Source: Octopus sinensis | Lineage: Eukaryota | Length of the DNA: 64,000 bases | Assembly (NCBI RefSeq): GCF_006345805.1 | Contig: NW_021833058.1 | Coordinates: 1 to 64,000, forward strand | Direction of reading: 5' to 3' | Shown: piece after piece, positions 23,221 to 37,456 of the stretch | Numbering within the stretch: the first letter of the stretch is position 1 | Layout: every line of letters begins with the position of its first letter | The notes under the pieces: generated by a model | Seen by the model: the letters and a program-made list of their open reading frames with translations, nothing else | The model's database searches: none | Told to the model about the DNA's origin: nothing | Made by a program: the position numbers and the translations under genes

Positions 23221-24516
23221 GAGACGTGACTTTTTCATTTCTTTTTGCTGACAAAAAAGCAAAACTATCAAACATGACTGCCACAGCAACGGCGGTTGTT
23301 GTGGTGGTGATGATGTTGATATTGTTGTTGTTGTAGTTCTGGTGGTGGCGGCGGCGGCGGCAGCGGTGATAGTGGTGGTGGTAGCGGTGGACTATTGGTT
23401 GAGACGAAAGTTCAGATGTTAAACAAGAAGAGCATTTTTTTGGGGAACCTGCTCGAAAGTGATTCGTTCATTGGTTACAAGTGACAGGATTAAGGGATGT
23501 ATTTCTTTGTGTTTGTTGTTTGGGCAAAGTATATGAGATTGGGGGGTTGGGGATAATGAAGTCCCTCTCACCCATCTCTACTTACTCGCAGAAGCTTTAG
23601 TTTCGGTTTTGTCAGAAAAGAATAATCGTTGATTTAGGACTGAACGGATAAAGCTAATCCGTAGAAGGAACTTGAAACTGAAGTTTGCAGGCTGTAAAGA
23701 TCTAGAAGTGAAAACCAAGTACCAGTAATAACTGAGGGCACTGGTTATAGTAACAAAAGTACAAAAGAGCAAACTTTAAAAAAGTATACAACGGTCTAGG
23801 AACTTTTCAGCTCCGGCTCGTAAGTCAGTGCTAGTGTCTACTGGTACTTTATTTATCGACCCTGAAAAGACGAAAGACAAAGTCGACCTCGACGTAACTT
23901 GAATTACTAATCTAAAAGACCAGAAGAAATGCTGGGCATTTTGCTTAGAATGGGTCTGCTAAACTCGCTGACTGGGATCTCACCCCGCCCAATTCCTTCA
24001 AAGTTTCTGACCATGCCTCTACGTTAGAAGCCATTGAAAACAACCATTTTATCTGCCACTAAACATTAATTACAAAACATTTCATTGCCCCTAAGAACGT
24101 CGGACATTTAGGGCTGTATGAAGAAATTGTACTTACAGTCATGTGTGTATGTGAGTGTTTTAAGTGTGTGTTTGTGCGTGTGGGTGTGCGCGTGTGTGTT
24201 TATGTGTTGGTGTGTGTATGTTTGTGCGCGTGTGTGCGTGTGTGCAACGGATGTGTATGTGTGTGCTTCTGTTTGTGTGTGTGTGTGTGTGTTACTTAAA
24301 GGAACTGCAATAATGCAAATAAATAAATAAATAAATAATCAAAATAAAAAAGTAAATTATATGGCTAATGACATTTTCTTTCTTTTAGAAAACAAGAACT
24401 GTTTAAACAATTTGGTGGACGCTCTTATCTAAATTTTAAATTTCAAAACTGCACATTATATTCTATATCAGAACAAAAGAACACACATACACTCATACAC
24501 ACACACGCGCACACAC

Positions 24517-24554
<38 letters not shown>

Positions 24555-24863
24555 ATAGCCACACTGTAACCTCATCGTCATCTTCAACAAACGCCTCAAC
24601 ACGTTTATCACCACTACCACCGTCACACCACCAACAACAACGCACTACCACCACACTACTACGACCGGCAACAACGTTAAGAACATCAGCAACCACAATA
24701 CCACCAACGTCCCCATCGCCACCATCAACACATTTTGTTCTTGTTAGAAGGGAATAAACATTTCATTGGTCTTAATTGTTTGGTCCTGATCTCGTGGTGC
24801 CATCGGTTGAGGTCAAAGGTTGTAGATATCAAAGCTTCGCATCTACATAGACAGACACACTAA

Positions 24864-24915
<52 letters not shown>

Positions 24916-25265
24916 CTGACAGACACACGTACACGCATCAGAAACCGCTTGTTTGTTTATCTAAGTGTGGTCGCTATGGCTACACAGAAACGCACACGCA
25001 CACACACACGCATAGAAACCTCGCGAAACAGTAATACTTTAAAGTAAACTCAGGATTTCCTGCACCTTGACTCATCATGGCTACGTCTTTTGTCAACAGT
25101 CTATTGTCTTAATACCTCCTGCTTACCCTGAGTATCTACACACGACAAATGCCAGGTAAACATACACACACACACACACACACACACACTCATACATACA
25201 ATTATTTCTGTTCAGTGAAGATGGCTGAAGTATTGCCATATCATCTCATCAACCATGGGCAAATG

Positions 25266-25531
25266 CAATGGTTCTCAACTGGGTCCATTTGACTCTTGGG
25301 GGTTCTATTTGACCCTTGGTGGGTCCATATAAGATTTTGTATTAAAAAATAATGTGCAATAAAGTGGCCACACTTTTACGACGCCATACTTTTTTTTCCT
25401 TACAATTGCTAATAATATTTCATTATGAAAATATAAGACGAATTTTTTAAACATCGAATAGCTATGAGGGACCACTTGAGTAAAATATTAATCAAAGGGG
25501 ACACAGACAAAAAAATGGTTGAGAACCAATG
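25266..25531. mobile_element. hAT-type MITE
   Basis: TIRs caatggttctcaac / gttgagaaccaatg, 8-bp TSD ggcaaatg / ggctaatg. Confidence 0.75.
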
Positions 25532-25739
25532 GGCTAATGTTTCCACACACGCCCCGTAGTAATCGATACATTATCCCTTAAGCCAGTACTTCTCAAACTG
25601 ACGAATAGTAGTCCTCACTCCTACATGTCAGTGAAATTATTTCTTTCTACCCTTGTTTATTAACAAAAATACAAACAGAAGCGCCATGGTGTTGGTGTTG
25701 GACACTAAATTTATTAAAGGCCCAGCTGTGGCTTCGCAG

Positions 25740-26160
25740 CCACATGGTTCCACTGCGTGACACCTTGGGCAAGCGTCTTCTACTATATCCTCGAGCCGAC
25801 CAAAGCCTTGTGAGTGGATTTGGTAGACGGAAACTGAAAGAAGCCCGTCGTATATATATATATATATATATAATATATATATATATATATGCATACATAC
25901 ATACATATGTATACATACATTCACATATATATGTGTGCGTGTGAGTGTTTGCTGGCGCATGTGTTTGTCGCCCACTACCGCTTGGTAGCCAGTGCTAGTG
26001 TATTTACATCCCTGTAAACACACCCAAGAGACCGACAGAAGTCCCAGGCTTAAAAAGAAAATAATTACTGGGGTCGATTAGTTTGACTAAAATTCCTCAA
26101 GGCAGTGCCCCAGCATGGCTGCAGTCTAATGACTGAAATAAGTGAAAGACGAAAGATATA
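25740..26160 (+). mobile_element. SINE family B copy
   Basis: Colinear with 46538-46946. Confidence 0.8.
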
Positions 26161-26578
26161 AAAGATTGTGATCTGTCCGTTCCTTATTTAATCCTCACAC
26201 TCCCTTCAATGGGGCCAGTCCCCTCTCTTATTAAGAAACTCTGCTTTAAACAAGAAAGCTATGATCATAGAAAACAGTGCATGTCTAAACTGTAACATCT
26301 CATCCATACAATGAGTCGCAACATATTTGTGAGCGTAATGTTTGGTCCTCAGATGGTGCAAACAAATTTAGGAAAACAAAGTCATAAGAAAAATGTCAAA
26401 GTTTCAATAAATGTTTTGGTTTACTTCTTGTTTCGCTGTTATACTTACGATATTTAAATAAAAAGGGATTCGTTTTCACACTAGCACTCCAGGGTTCCGG
26501 CTGATCTGATCAACGGAAGAACCTGCAAGTGAACTTAATGGGCAAATGGCTGAGCACTCTATTCCACACATACGCGTA

Positions 26579-26801
26579 CCTATTTCTTTGCTACCCACAA
26601 GGGGCTAAACACAGAGGGGACAAACAAGGACAGACAAAGGGATTAAGTCGATTACATCGACCCCAGTGCGTAACTGGTACTTAATTTATCGACCCCGAAA
26701 GGATTAAAGGCAAAGTCGACCTCGGCGGAATTTGAACTCATAACGTAACGGCAGACGAAATACCGCTAAGCATTTCGCTCAGCGTACTAACGTTTCTGTC
26801 A
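26579..26801 (-). mobile_element. SINE family C inserted in an older SINE (about 26485-26995)
   Basis: 19-bp TSD tattccacacatacgcgta at 26560-26578 and 26802-26820. Confidence 0.85.
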
Positions 26802-27642
26802 TATTCCACACATACGCGTAGCATTAACGTCGTTGTCAGGGAGGTTCAGCATGACACAGAATGTGAGAAAGCTGATTGGCCCTTTGAAATACAGGAACTA
26901 CTCATATTTTCCAGCAACGTGAAATAAAGTGTATCCACCGGGTATCGAACTCACGACTTTATGATCGCGAGTCGCAAACCCCAGCCACTAAGATACGGGC
27001 ATTCACTGTTTTTCACAAACCTAAAATGCTGTTATATAGATTGTATTGTTATTATGTAAAATGGCGGAAAAGTTTCAGTAAATGATTCGATTTACTTCTT
27101 GTTTCGCTGTTATATTTCCGATATTTAAATAAAACGGGATTTGTTTTCTCAGACACGTCATGTCGTTATATAAATTATGTTGTTATTATGTACGAGTCAT
27201 GTATTGTCAACTAATTAGTGACTTTAAATATTCTTTGTTTAATTACTTTTAGCGAATATTTATGTTATTTGAACGAAATGCGATATTCGTTTCCTGTGAA
27301 TTTTTTCTTAACCAAAATAATGACAAAATCGTTTGTGTGACTTTATTTACATTCAGCACAAAGTTTAGCCAAAACATAGCAACTGGGTAAATAATATTCC
27401 AATGCTTATATCCATAAATAATTTATTGTAAGAAAAAAAATGGTGCATATTTCACTGTAGGGCGGCAGTAATATCTATATACACATACATACATACATAC
27501 ATACATACATACATACATACATACATACATACATACATACATACATACACACATACATACATACATACATACATACACACATACATACATACATACATAC
27601 ATACACACATACATACATACATACATACATACACACATATAG

Positions 27643-28044
27643 TCTTTTATTCTTTTATATGTTTCAGTCATTTGACTGCGGCCATGCTGGAGTACCGCAT
27701 TTAGTCGAACAAATCGACCCCAGGACTTATTCTTTGTAAGTCTAGTACTTATTCTATCGGTCGCTTTTGCCAAACTGCTAGGCTACGGGGTCGTAAACAT
27801 ACCAACATCTGTTGTCAAGCGATGGTAAGGGTAGAAACACAGACACACAAATACACACAAACACACACACATATAGAGAGAAGACGGACTTCTTTCAGTT
27901 TCCGTCTGCCAAATCCACTCACAAGGCTTTGATCGACCCGACGCTATAGTAGCAGTCACCTGCCCATGGTGCCACGCAGTGGAACTGAACCCGGAACCAT
28001 GTGGTTGGTAAGCATGCTACGTACTCCACAGCCATTCCTGCACC
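27643..28044 (-). mobile_element. SINE family B copy
   Basis: Reverse complement of the family B pattern. Confidence 0.85.
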
Positions 28045-28048
28045 TATG

Positions 28049-28084
<36 letters not shown>

Positions 28085-28479
28085 TACATATGTACGTATA
28101 CATATATACATACATCTTTATCGTGTATGTGTATAATACAAATATGTATAAACACACACATAACTATGTATGTATTTGCTTCCTTATTATGTGCGCACAT
28201 AAGCACACACACAAACACACACACACATACATACAGACACACACACACACACACACATACATACATACATACACACAGACACACGCATTCCATATTTTCT
28301 TTATTCGACATATTTAGAGTTCAGTCTCTCTCTCTTCCACTCACACTAACAATAGGCAAACTAACCGACCAAATTAATTAGTCCCGGTGAACTCTCATCA
28401 AATGAATAAATTATTTAACGAATTAAACTCTACCGCAATACTGTATGTGATCCACGACTCCATAGGAATTTACCATTCA

Positions 28480-28510
<31 letters not shown>

Positions 28511-29002
28511 CATACATACATCTACACACGCAATACACACGCGCGCGCACACACGCACACATATATTGTAGAAAATTTTTCTACAATTCGTGGAGATTTT
28601 GCTTTTATATGCATCGTGTGTGTGTGTATGCGCACGTGTATGTTTGTGTGTGTGTATGTGTGTGTGTGTGTATGTGTGTGTGTGTGTGGTGAGATGTGTC
28701 AATATTTGTAGCGATGTCAACATTAATCTTTTATCAGAATGGTTCCACCCTTGACCACCTCGTCCTTTTAACCAATCAGTACTGATTAAATGCAAAAGTT
28801 ATGAAATGCGATCCAATACAATCGCAATCGCCCTGTCTTGTTCTCTGTATTGTGTCCGTCTACCAATTCGAGACAAGAATCTGAAGAAGATTTAGCTTCT
28901 GTTTCTAGCATGTTCAGCGACTACATAACAACCAACCGATTTTGTTGGCATACTAAATCAAGGACATAGGGTATGTTTAATGTATCCCGGTATACTCTTT
29001 TT

Positions 29003-29206
29003 ACTCTTTTTACTCTTTTACTCTTTTACTTGTTTCAGTCATTTGACTGTGGCCATGCTGGAGCACCGCCTTTGGTCGAACGACTCGATCCCACGACTTA
29101 TTCTTTGTAAGCCTAGTAATTATTCTATCGGTCTCTTTTGCCGAATCGCTAAGTTACGGGGACGTAAACACACCAACATCGGTTGTCAAGTGATGTTGGG
29201 GGACAA

Positions 29207-29239
<33 letters not shown>

Positions 29240-29530
29240 TATATACGACGGGCTTCTTCCAGTTTCCGTCTACGAAATCCACTCACAACGCTTTGGTGGG
29301 CTCGAGACTATAGTAGAAGACACTTGCCCATGGTGCCACGCAGTGGAACTGAACCCGGAACCATGTGGTTCGTAAGCAAGCTACTTACCACACAGCCTAT
29401 ATTCATAGTGTATTAGATACGCTTTGGTGGGCTCGAGACTATAGTAGAAGACACTTGCCCATGGTGCCACGCAGTGGAACTGAACCCGGAACCATGTGGT
29501 TCGTAAGCAAGCTACTTACCACACAGCCTA
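29003..29530 (-). mobile_element. SINE family B copy with a duplicated head (29289-29412 repeated at 29419-29543)
   Basis: Direct ~125-bp duplication is visible. Confidence 0.8.
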
Positions 29531-29891
29531 CATTCATAGTGTATGAGATACATTTTAGTTTTAGGCCTGTATTATAATTGCATTCACACATTGGATGCGT
29601 TCTAGGAATATCAAATCGTTTCCAGTACTTGATTGGCATTTTATTTTATCGACTACGCAAGAAACAAAATGTTACGTTCACCTCGACACAATTTGAACTC
29701 AGAACGTTGAGGAACGTAAAGCATTTCACCGCCACTTTAACGATTCTCTCAACCCTCCCGCCTTTTCTCAACAGACATGCACACTTGTAAGTGCTCACGT
29801 AGACATATTTAAACAGATATATACGCATGTTTATACACATACATACATATACACACACAACACGCATGTCTATATACACATACACATAAAT

Positions 29892-29932
<41 letters not shown>

Positions 29933-30576
29933 ACGTTCATATGCAAGCAAAAGTACAAACACTTGAAGAAATATCAGTGTGACCCGATGCATCTTAACAG
30001 GCGTACTCATATACATACGTATTCGTGTTATGCATATGTGTGTGTATATGTGTGTATGTGTGTGTAAACATGTAACTGTGAGTAGAAGAGAGAGGAGGAG
30101 GAGAAGGAGGAGGAGGAGAATGAAGGAGAGAAAAAGAAATAGAGAGCGAGAGAAAACGGAGAAAGGGAGAGAGGGAGAGAGAGGGAGATTTTATCTATTT
30201 CCACAGGCCCGTGTGTGCAAACAAAAGTTACACAAGTAAGGTAATTTATTCAAATTCTGACAAGCCTGGTCATTGACCGTGCTGCAGATATTTCGCTGTC
30301 TCTGTGTGAATCATTCGCTGATACATGCAATAGAGCGGTGGTTGGAGAGGTAGGGCTGAGGTTGTGATGTCTGTCTGTGTTCGTCTTGTATCGTGTAGAT
30401 AATCCTTTTAGGGATTCCAGTCATTGTAATAGCTTTGCAGGGGCAACGCCCTTGGAAGGTTTTTTACTATCATAACAGCCCCTTTATTTCTTTTACTGCA
30501 TGGTAATTATTTTATTTATAAACCACTAAGTTACGATGGGACAGACAGGACCACAGACAAAACTTATACAAATATA

Positions 30577-30798
30577 TATATTTCTTTACTGCTAAACATA
30601 GAGGGGACAAACAAGGACAGACAAAGGGATTAAGTCGATTGCATCGACCCCAGTGTATAACTGGTACTTAATTTATCGACCCCGAAAGGATGAAAGGCAA
30701 AGTCGACCTCGGTGGAATTTGAACTCAGAACGTAACGACAGACGAAATACCGCCAAGCATTTCGTTCGGCGTGCTAACGTTTCTGCCAGCTCGCCTCC
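30577..30798 (-). mobile_element. SINE family C copy
   Basis: TSD aaacttatacaaatata at 30560-30576 and 30799-30815. Confidence 0.85.
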
Positions 30799-31047
30799 AA
30801 ACTTATACAAATATAATACTCACACACACACATTTGGTTTATTTTTCTCCTTACAGCTTGGTCAGCTGTTTCAACTTTCGTTTCTGTGGAGAAGATTGCT
30901 CGTACTACCACACGGAATGTTCCTATATCGTTTCAAAGGTGGAAAGGTCAGGATGAGGCCTCGAGAAGTGGTGGATCGAAGTAGAAGGAAACGGATAAAG
31001 AGAACACAGAGGAAGAGAAGAGAGATGAGGAAATCAAGGAAATGTGT

Positions 31048-31509
31048 TATAAAAGATGGGCTACAGCAAATATTCTGCTCAGTACCACATATTTGCTTGT
31101 CAGTTGTTTGACCTTAACAAGTTGAGCATGTCCCTTAGTGGCTGACGATATGTGCATCTCTGATCACGAGCAGAAGTAGTGGGGGAGCATCATAGCCATG
31201 TGTTGAGAAGGATTCTTTGGGTTTTGGATAATTCACCTCTGGAAACATGGGTGTTTCGTTCAACATTCTAAAGCAACCCTTATTCAGGGACCTTTTGAGC
31301 AGGATGGGCTACTCGACCAGAAGAAAATTCTAACTGGGCCCCACCTGCAAGGTCATGTGCTGTTTATCTTGATATAAGATCAACATGTTGCGCACACATG
31401 GTTGTGATGCTGGTGTACCCTTATCAGACGGGTAGTCATGATGGGTATACTGGGCTTCGTATATTTTACCCCAGTGTCACTTTGATGGCATGCACTGCTC
31501 TCTCATTCA
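31048..31509. mobile_element. Truncated inverted copy of the 13.1-kb (TAA)n-associated element
   Basis: Reverse complement of about 13107-13578, followed by (TAA)n. Confidence 0.8.
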
Positions 31510-31527
31510 ATAATAATAATGATGATG

Positions 31528-31562
<35 letters not shown>

Positions 31563-31580
31563 TAATAATAATAATAATAT

Positions 31581-31615
<35 letters not shown>

Positions 31616-31619
31616 TAAT

Positions 31620-31653
<34 letters not shown>

Positions 31654-31671
31654 TAAAAAAAAAAAATAATA

Positions 31672-31707
<36 letters not shown>

Positions 31708-32666
31708 TAGTAATGGTGGTGGTGGTGGTGGTGATGTGAGGAATAAAAATTAAAATAACTGAAGAACGTGGGAAATAAAATGAGAGAACAATAATGGTAA
31801 TAGATGCCGGAGGTGAAACTGAGAGAGTGAAATTAAATTTGAAGGCGGTAAAATTTTTCCCTCCAGCTTTCGAGGTCGGCGTCAACTGCTGGAATATTAC
31901 AAGATTTGTTAGTGTTGTTGGCTTAGCAAGAGTTATTGCCGTATGTCGAGGCGTGGGGAACAGCACGAAAGGTCGGTAGGTGAATAAGCAACTAGGTTAT
32001 TGAGCATTTATATAAGAACAAAATATTAATTTTGGAGTGTCGGATTTTCTAAAAGTCGATGTGGGGTTTAAAGAAATTATGCAAGTGCATTCATAAATTT
32101 TTAAAATTATATTAAGAATTAATAATCTAATTAATTTATGAATTTAATAGATTGATGAATTGAATCAATTAATAAAGCCGTATATTTCTAAAACCATTCC
32201 GGGTTATTAATGATTTAGTTATTAAGCGTAGAGGGGGTGATGTTGGGGGCTAATCACATATGTACACAGAGTTGAAACATCTGGACATGTTGTAAAGCAG
32301 CGCTTTCCAAACATTTTCATCAACAGACCGGTTTCATGCAAGACAATTTTTCCACAGACCGGACGATCTACAAAGTGCATGATATATGACTTAATTGTTA
32401 CATATATAATACATACACATATAATCCATCGATCCGTACACACCCGCACGCACACACACACACACACACACACGCAGACACACACATACACACACACACA
32501 TACCGCAAACCACACACACACGCGTGGGCACATATAATCCATACTTAACGGAAAATACTTGTTGACTGAATAGTGAATAAAATAGAAATAAAATTAATTT
32601 TTCCGTGTGCGGCCTGGTCCCAAATGACCCGCGGTCCGGTGGTTGACTTATGGAAAGAGAAGAAAC

Positions 32667-33641
32667 AAGGCGGCGAGATGGCAGAAACGTTAGCACGCCG
32701 GGCGAAATGCGTAGCGGTATTTCGTCTGCCGCTACGTTCTGAGTTCAAATTCCGCCGAGGTCGACTTTGCCTTTCATCCTTTCGGGGTCGATAAATTAAG
32801 TACCAGTTACGCACTGGGGTCGATGTAATCGACTTAATACCTATGGCTGTCCTTGTTTGTCCCCTCTGTGTTTAGCCCCTTGTGGGTAATAAAGAAATAG
32901 AAATAGGTATTTCGTCTGCCGTTACGTTCTGAGTTCAAATTCCGCCGAGGTCGACTTTGCCTTTCATCCTTCGGGGTCGTCGATAAATCAAGTACCAGTT
33001 ACGCACTGGGGTCGATATAATCGACTTAATTCGTTTGTCTGTCCTTGTTGTCTCCTCTGCGTTTAGCCCCTTGTGGGCAGTAAAGAATAAGTATTTCGTC
33101 TGCCGCTACGTTCTGAGTTCAAATTCCGCCGAGGTCGACTTTGCCTTTCATCCTTTCGGGGTCGATAAATCAAGTACCAGTTACGCACTGGGGTCGATAT
33201 AATCGACTTAATTCGTTTGTCTGTCCTTGTTTGTCTCCTCTGTGTTTAGCCCCTTGTGGGCAGTAAAGAAATAAGTATTTCGTCTGCCGCTACGTTCTGA
33301 GTTCAAATTCCGCCGAGGTCGACTTTGCCTTTCATCCTTTCGGGGTCGATAAATCAAGTACCAGTTACGCACTGGGGTCGATATAATCGACTTAATTCGT
33401 TTGTCTGTCCTTGTTTGTCTCCTCTGTGTTTAGCCCCTTGTGGGCAGTAAAGAAATAAGTATTTCGTCTGCCGCTACGTTCTGAGTTCAAATTCCGCCGA
33501 GGTCGACTTTGCCTTTCATCCTTTCGGGGTCGATAAATCAAGTACCAGTTACGCACTAGGGTCGATATAATCGACTTAATCCGTTTGTCTGTCCTTGTTT
33601 GTCTCCTCTGTGTTTAGCCCCTTGTGGGTAATAAAGAAATA
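32667..33641 (+). mobile_element. SINE family C pentamer: one head plus ~184-bp headless units
   Basis: Units restart at gtatttcgtctgcc at 32717, 32907, 33091, 33275 and 33459. Confidence 0.9.
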
Positions 33642-33794
33642 AGAAACTGACTATAACAACATTGTAAAAGTGAAATCTTTTTAGTTGTACGTGTGCGTGC
33701 GTCCGCATACAAAACACACACATTATTTATTCAACTGATTTCTGTTCTTTTTGAGAATTAGTCTCCGTCCTCCATCTTTTATCTTCCATTTATT

Positions 33795-35014
33795 CCTTCC
33801 TTCAGTCCTTGGACTGAGACCATGCTGGGGCATCGCTTTGAAGGGTTTTTAGGCGAAGAAATCGACCTCAGTACTTACGGTATTATTTTTAAAAGTCTAG
33901 TGCTTATTCTAACTTTGTCTTTTGTTAAGTTACGGGGACGTTAACAAACAAACACCGCTTGTCGAGCTGTGGGGGGGGGGCGTGACAAACGCAAATACAA
34001 AAGAAACAAACGAACACGTTGACTAGTATACTCTTTCTCTTTTTACTCTTTTATTTGATTCTGTCATTTGACTGCGGCCATGCTGGAGCACCGCCTTTAG
34101 TCGAGGAAATCGACCCCAGGACTCATTCTTTGTAAGCCAAGTACTTATTCTATCAGCTTCTTTTGCCGAACCGCTAGGTTACGGGGACGTGAACTCACAA
34201 GCATCGGTTGTCAAGCGATGTTGGGAGTACAAACACAGACACACAAATACACACACATACACACACACACACACACCATATATATATGTACATATATATA
34301 TGACGGGCTTCTTTCAGTTTCCGTCTACGAAATCCACTCACAAGGCTTTGGCCGACCCGAGGCTATAGTAGAAGACACGCGCCCAAGGTGCCACGCAGTG
34401 GGACTGAACCCAGGACCATGTGGTTGGTAAGGAAGCTATCTACCACACAGCCACACCTGTGCGTCAATATATAACATATAATATATATATATATATATTA
34501 TATATATATCATACATATACACACAACGAGCTTCCTTACCCATAGAAAGCATTGGTCGGTTCGGGCCCCTATAGAGGAAGATACTTGCGCAAGGTGCAAC
34601 GCAGGGGGACTGAACCTGAACAACGTGGTTGCAAACCCAGCTTCTTAACCACACGGCCATGCTTGCATATGTGTGTGTGTGTGTTTGACTCTCCCACCCT
34701 CGCTTGACATCCAGTATTGGGGTGTTTAAGTCCCCGTGATTTAGTTGTTCGGTAAAAGACAGCGATAGAATACGTACCACGCTTAGAAAAAAAGAAACAA
34801 AAAACTACTGAGGTCCATCCATTCGATTAAAAATTCTTCAAGGTGGTGCCCCAGCATGGCCGCAGTCTAATGGCTAAAAGAAGTAAAATTTTATGTAGCT
34901 TGCTTAACAACAACAGGGCACCGGGTTCAGTCCCACTGTGTGGCACCATGGCAAGTGTTTTCTACTATAGCCTTGTGAGTGGATTTGGTAGATAGAAACT
35001 AAAAGAAGTCCGTC

Positions 35015-35055
<41 letters not shown>

Positions 35056-35262
35056 GTGTGTGGTGTGTGTGTGTGTGTGGTGTGTGTGTGTCCACCAGCG
35101 CTTGACAACCGATGTTAGTGTGTTCACGTCTCCGTAACATTAGCGGTTCGGCGAAAGTTGATAAATAAGTACTAGACTTACAAAGAAGTCCTGGGGTCGA
35201 TTTCTTCGACTAAAGGGTCTGCTCCAGCAAGGCCGCAGTCAAATGAATTAAACAAGTAAAAT
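33795..35262. mobile_element. Cluster of SINE family B copies in both orientations
   Basis: Approximately 33795-33970(-), 34030-34464(-), 34530-34660(-), 34680-34890(+) and 34895-35262(+). Confidence 0.75.
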
Positions 35263-35409
35263 AATATATATACATACATGCATGCATGTGCGCTTGGGTG
35301 CGTGCGCGCCTGCGTCTGGGTATATATATTTCTATGTTCGCTGTAGGCGTAAAGTACAACTGCGCGAATGTAGGTTTTCTAACTGTGCACATGCACTTTT
35401 ACATGTCTG

Positions 35410-35850
35410 ATGTATGTATGTATGTATGTATGTGTGTGTGTATGTATGCATGCATGTATGTGTGCATGTATGAATGTATGTATATGTGTATGTATGTATG
35501 CATGCATGTATGTATGTATGTATGTGTATGTATGTATGTATGTATTTATGTATGTATGTATGTGTGTGTATGTATGTATGTATGTATGTATGTATGTATG
35601 CATGTATGTATGTATGTATGTTTATAAGTATGTATGTATGTGTGTGTGTATGCATGCATGTATGTATGTATGTATGTATGTATGTTTATAAGTATGAATG
35701 TATGTATATGTGTATGTATGTATGCATGCATGTATGTATGTATGTATGTATGTATGTATGTATGTATGCATACATGTATGTGTGCATGTATGAATGTGTG
35801 TATGCACGTATGTGTGTATGTATGTATGTAAGTATACATGCAAGTATGTG
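35410..35850. repeat. (TATG)n compound microsatellite
   Basis: Seen directly in the sequence. Confidence 0.9.
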
Positions 35851-36131
35851 TAGATGTCTGGGTGCGCGCACACGCGTTTATGTACTTAAAAGGTGGGGCG
35901 CCGTATAAATAAAAGCACAATACACCCTTTGAATATGCGAATTTGTACATCTGCTTCGTATGTTCACGCCTCTAGAACCTGTGTGTCTTCGTGCATATAT
36001 CTGTGCATGTATGTGCACATTGGATTGTGTGTGTGTACGTGTGTACGTGTGTATATGCATGTATGTGTCTGTATGCGTTTGTATGAGTATGTACGTGTGT
36101 CTGTGTGTATGTGCGCGCATGTATGCGTATG

Positions 36132-36188
<57 letters not shown>

Positions 36189-36492
36189 TTGTATGTGTAA
36201 TAATGAGAAAGAGGGAGGCCGGGCGGAAGACAGAAAAGTGTCAATGAACCCCAATTTTTGCTGCAGACACAAAGAAGGAAAAAGACGAGATAGAAGTGAA
36301 GTAAAGAGTAATGGGAGGAGGAGGACGGATAAGACAGTACACTTGTGACACGCAACCGTCCTTTGTCTCCTCTCTTAACAAAGACGGAAACATTTCCAGG
36401 AATAAATCGCAGGTTCAATTCTCATGGAGTGTATCTCAATTCTAAAAACTGTTCCACCCGTAGCCATCTATCATTTGTTTACTCAGACTATA

Positions 36493-36910
36493 TATTTCTT
36501 TACTACCCACAAGAGGCTAAACATAGAGGGGACAAACAACGACAGACAAAGGGATCAAGTCGATTATATCGACCCCAGTGCGTAACTGGTACTTAATTTA
36601 TCGACCCCGAAAGGATGAAAGGCAAGGTCGACCTCGGCGGAATTTGAACTCAGAACGTAACGACAGACGAAATACCTATTTCTTTACTACCCACAAGGGG
36701 CTAAACACAGAGAGGACAAACAAGGACAGACAAACGGATTAAGTCGATTATATCGACCCCAGTGCATAACTGGTACTTAATTTATCGACCCCGAAAGGAT
36801 GAAAGGCAAGGTCGACCTCGGCGGAATTCGAACTCACAACGTAACGACAGACGAAATACCGCTAAGCATTTCGCCCGACGTGCTAACGTTTCTCTCAGGT
36901 CACCGCCTTT
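36493..36910 (-). mobile_element. SINE family C dimer
   Basis: Junction gacgaaatacctatttc near 36675. TSD ttactcagactata / ttactccgactata encloses both units. Confidence 0.85.
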
Positions 36911-37456
36911 TTACTCCGACTATAAGATCTACGAAAACGTTCTATATGCGCGAGTCCATTGTTTTGAAGAGAATTTAACTATTATTTCCTAGTAGATCTA
37001 GCAACAGTATGACCGCTCTCTTCGCTTGGATTATGCTGATACAGATGCATGTAGGAGAGTATACACCTATGTGTGTATATATATGTATTAGTGTATGTGT
37101 GTATCTATTTGTGTGTGTGTGTGTGTGTATGTGTTTATAATGTACATAGATGCACGGTTATATACTTTATATATTTGTGTATATATTCATGTATGTATAT
37201 ATTTGCGTATGCATATCTATATATAGGTGTGTGTGTATGTGTGTGCATTCGTGTGTGTGTTGGCAGTTTTATATATAATATTACAGATTGATAATATTGG
37301 GCAATCTTTCGGTAAACGTCTCTGAGTCAGTGTGCGACAAAGCCTTTCGTCTGCTCGACACAGCCGAGCAGTTAAACACACTAATACTCACGTAGACTTA
37401 TGACTGACGTCATGTACGAATACCGAAACAATTGCCTAATAATAATTGTGAGACGA

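Noticed and set aside
32667-33641. CRISPR-like array
   Set aside because: Units are identical throughout with no unique spacers; eukaryotic SINE multimer.
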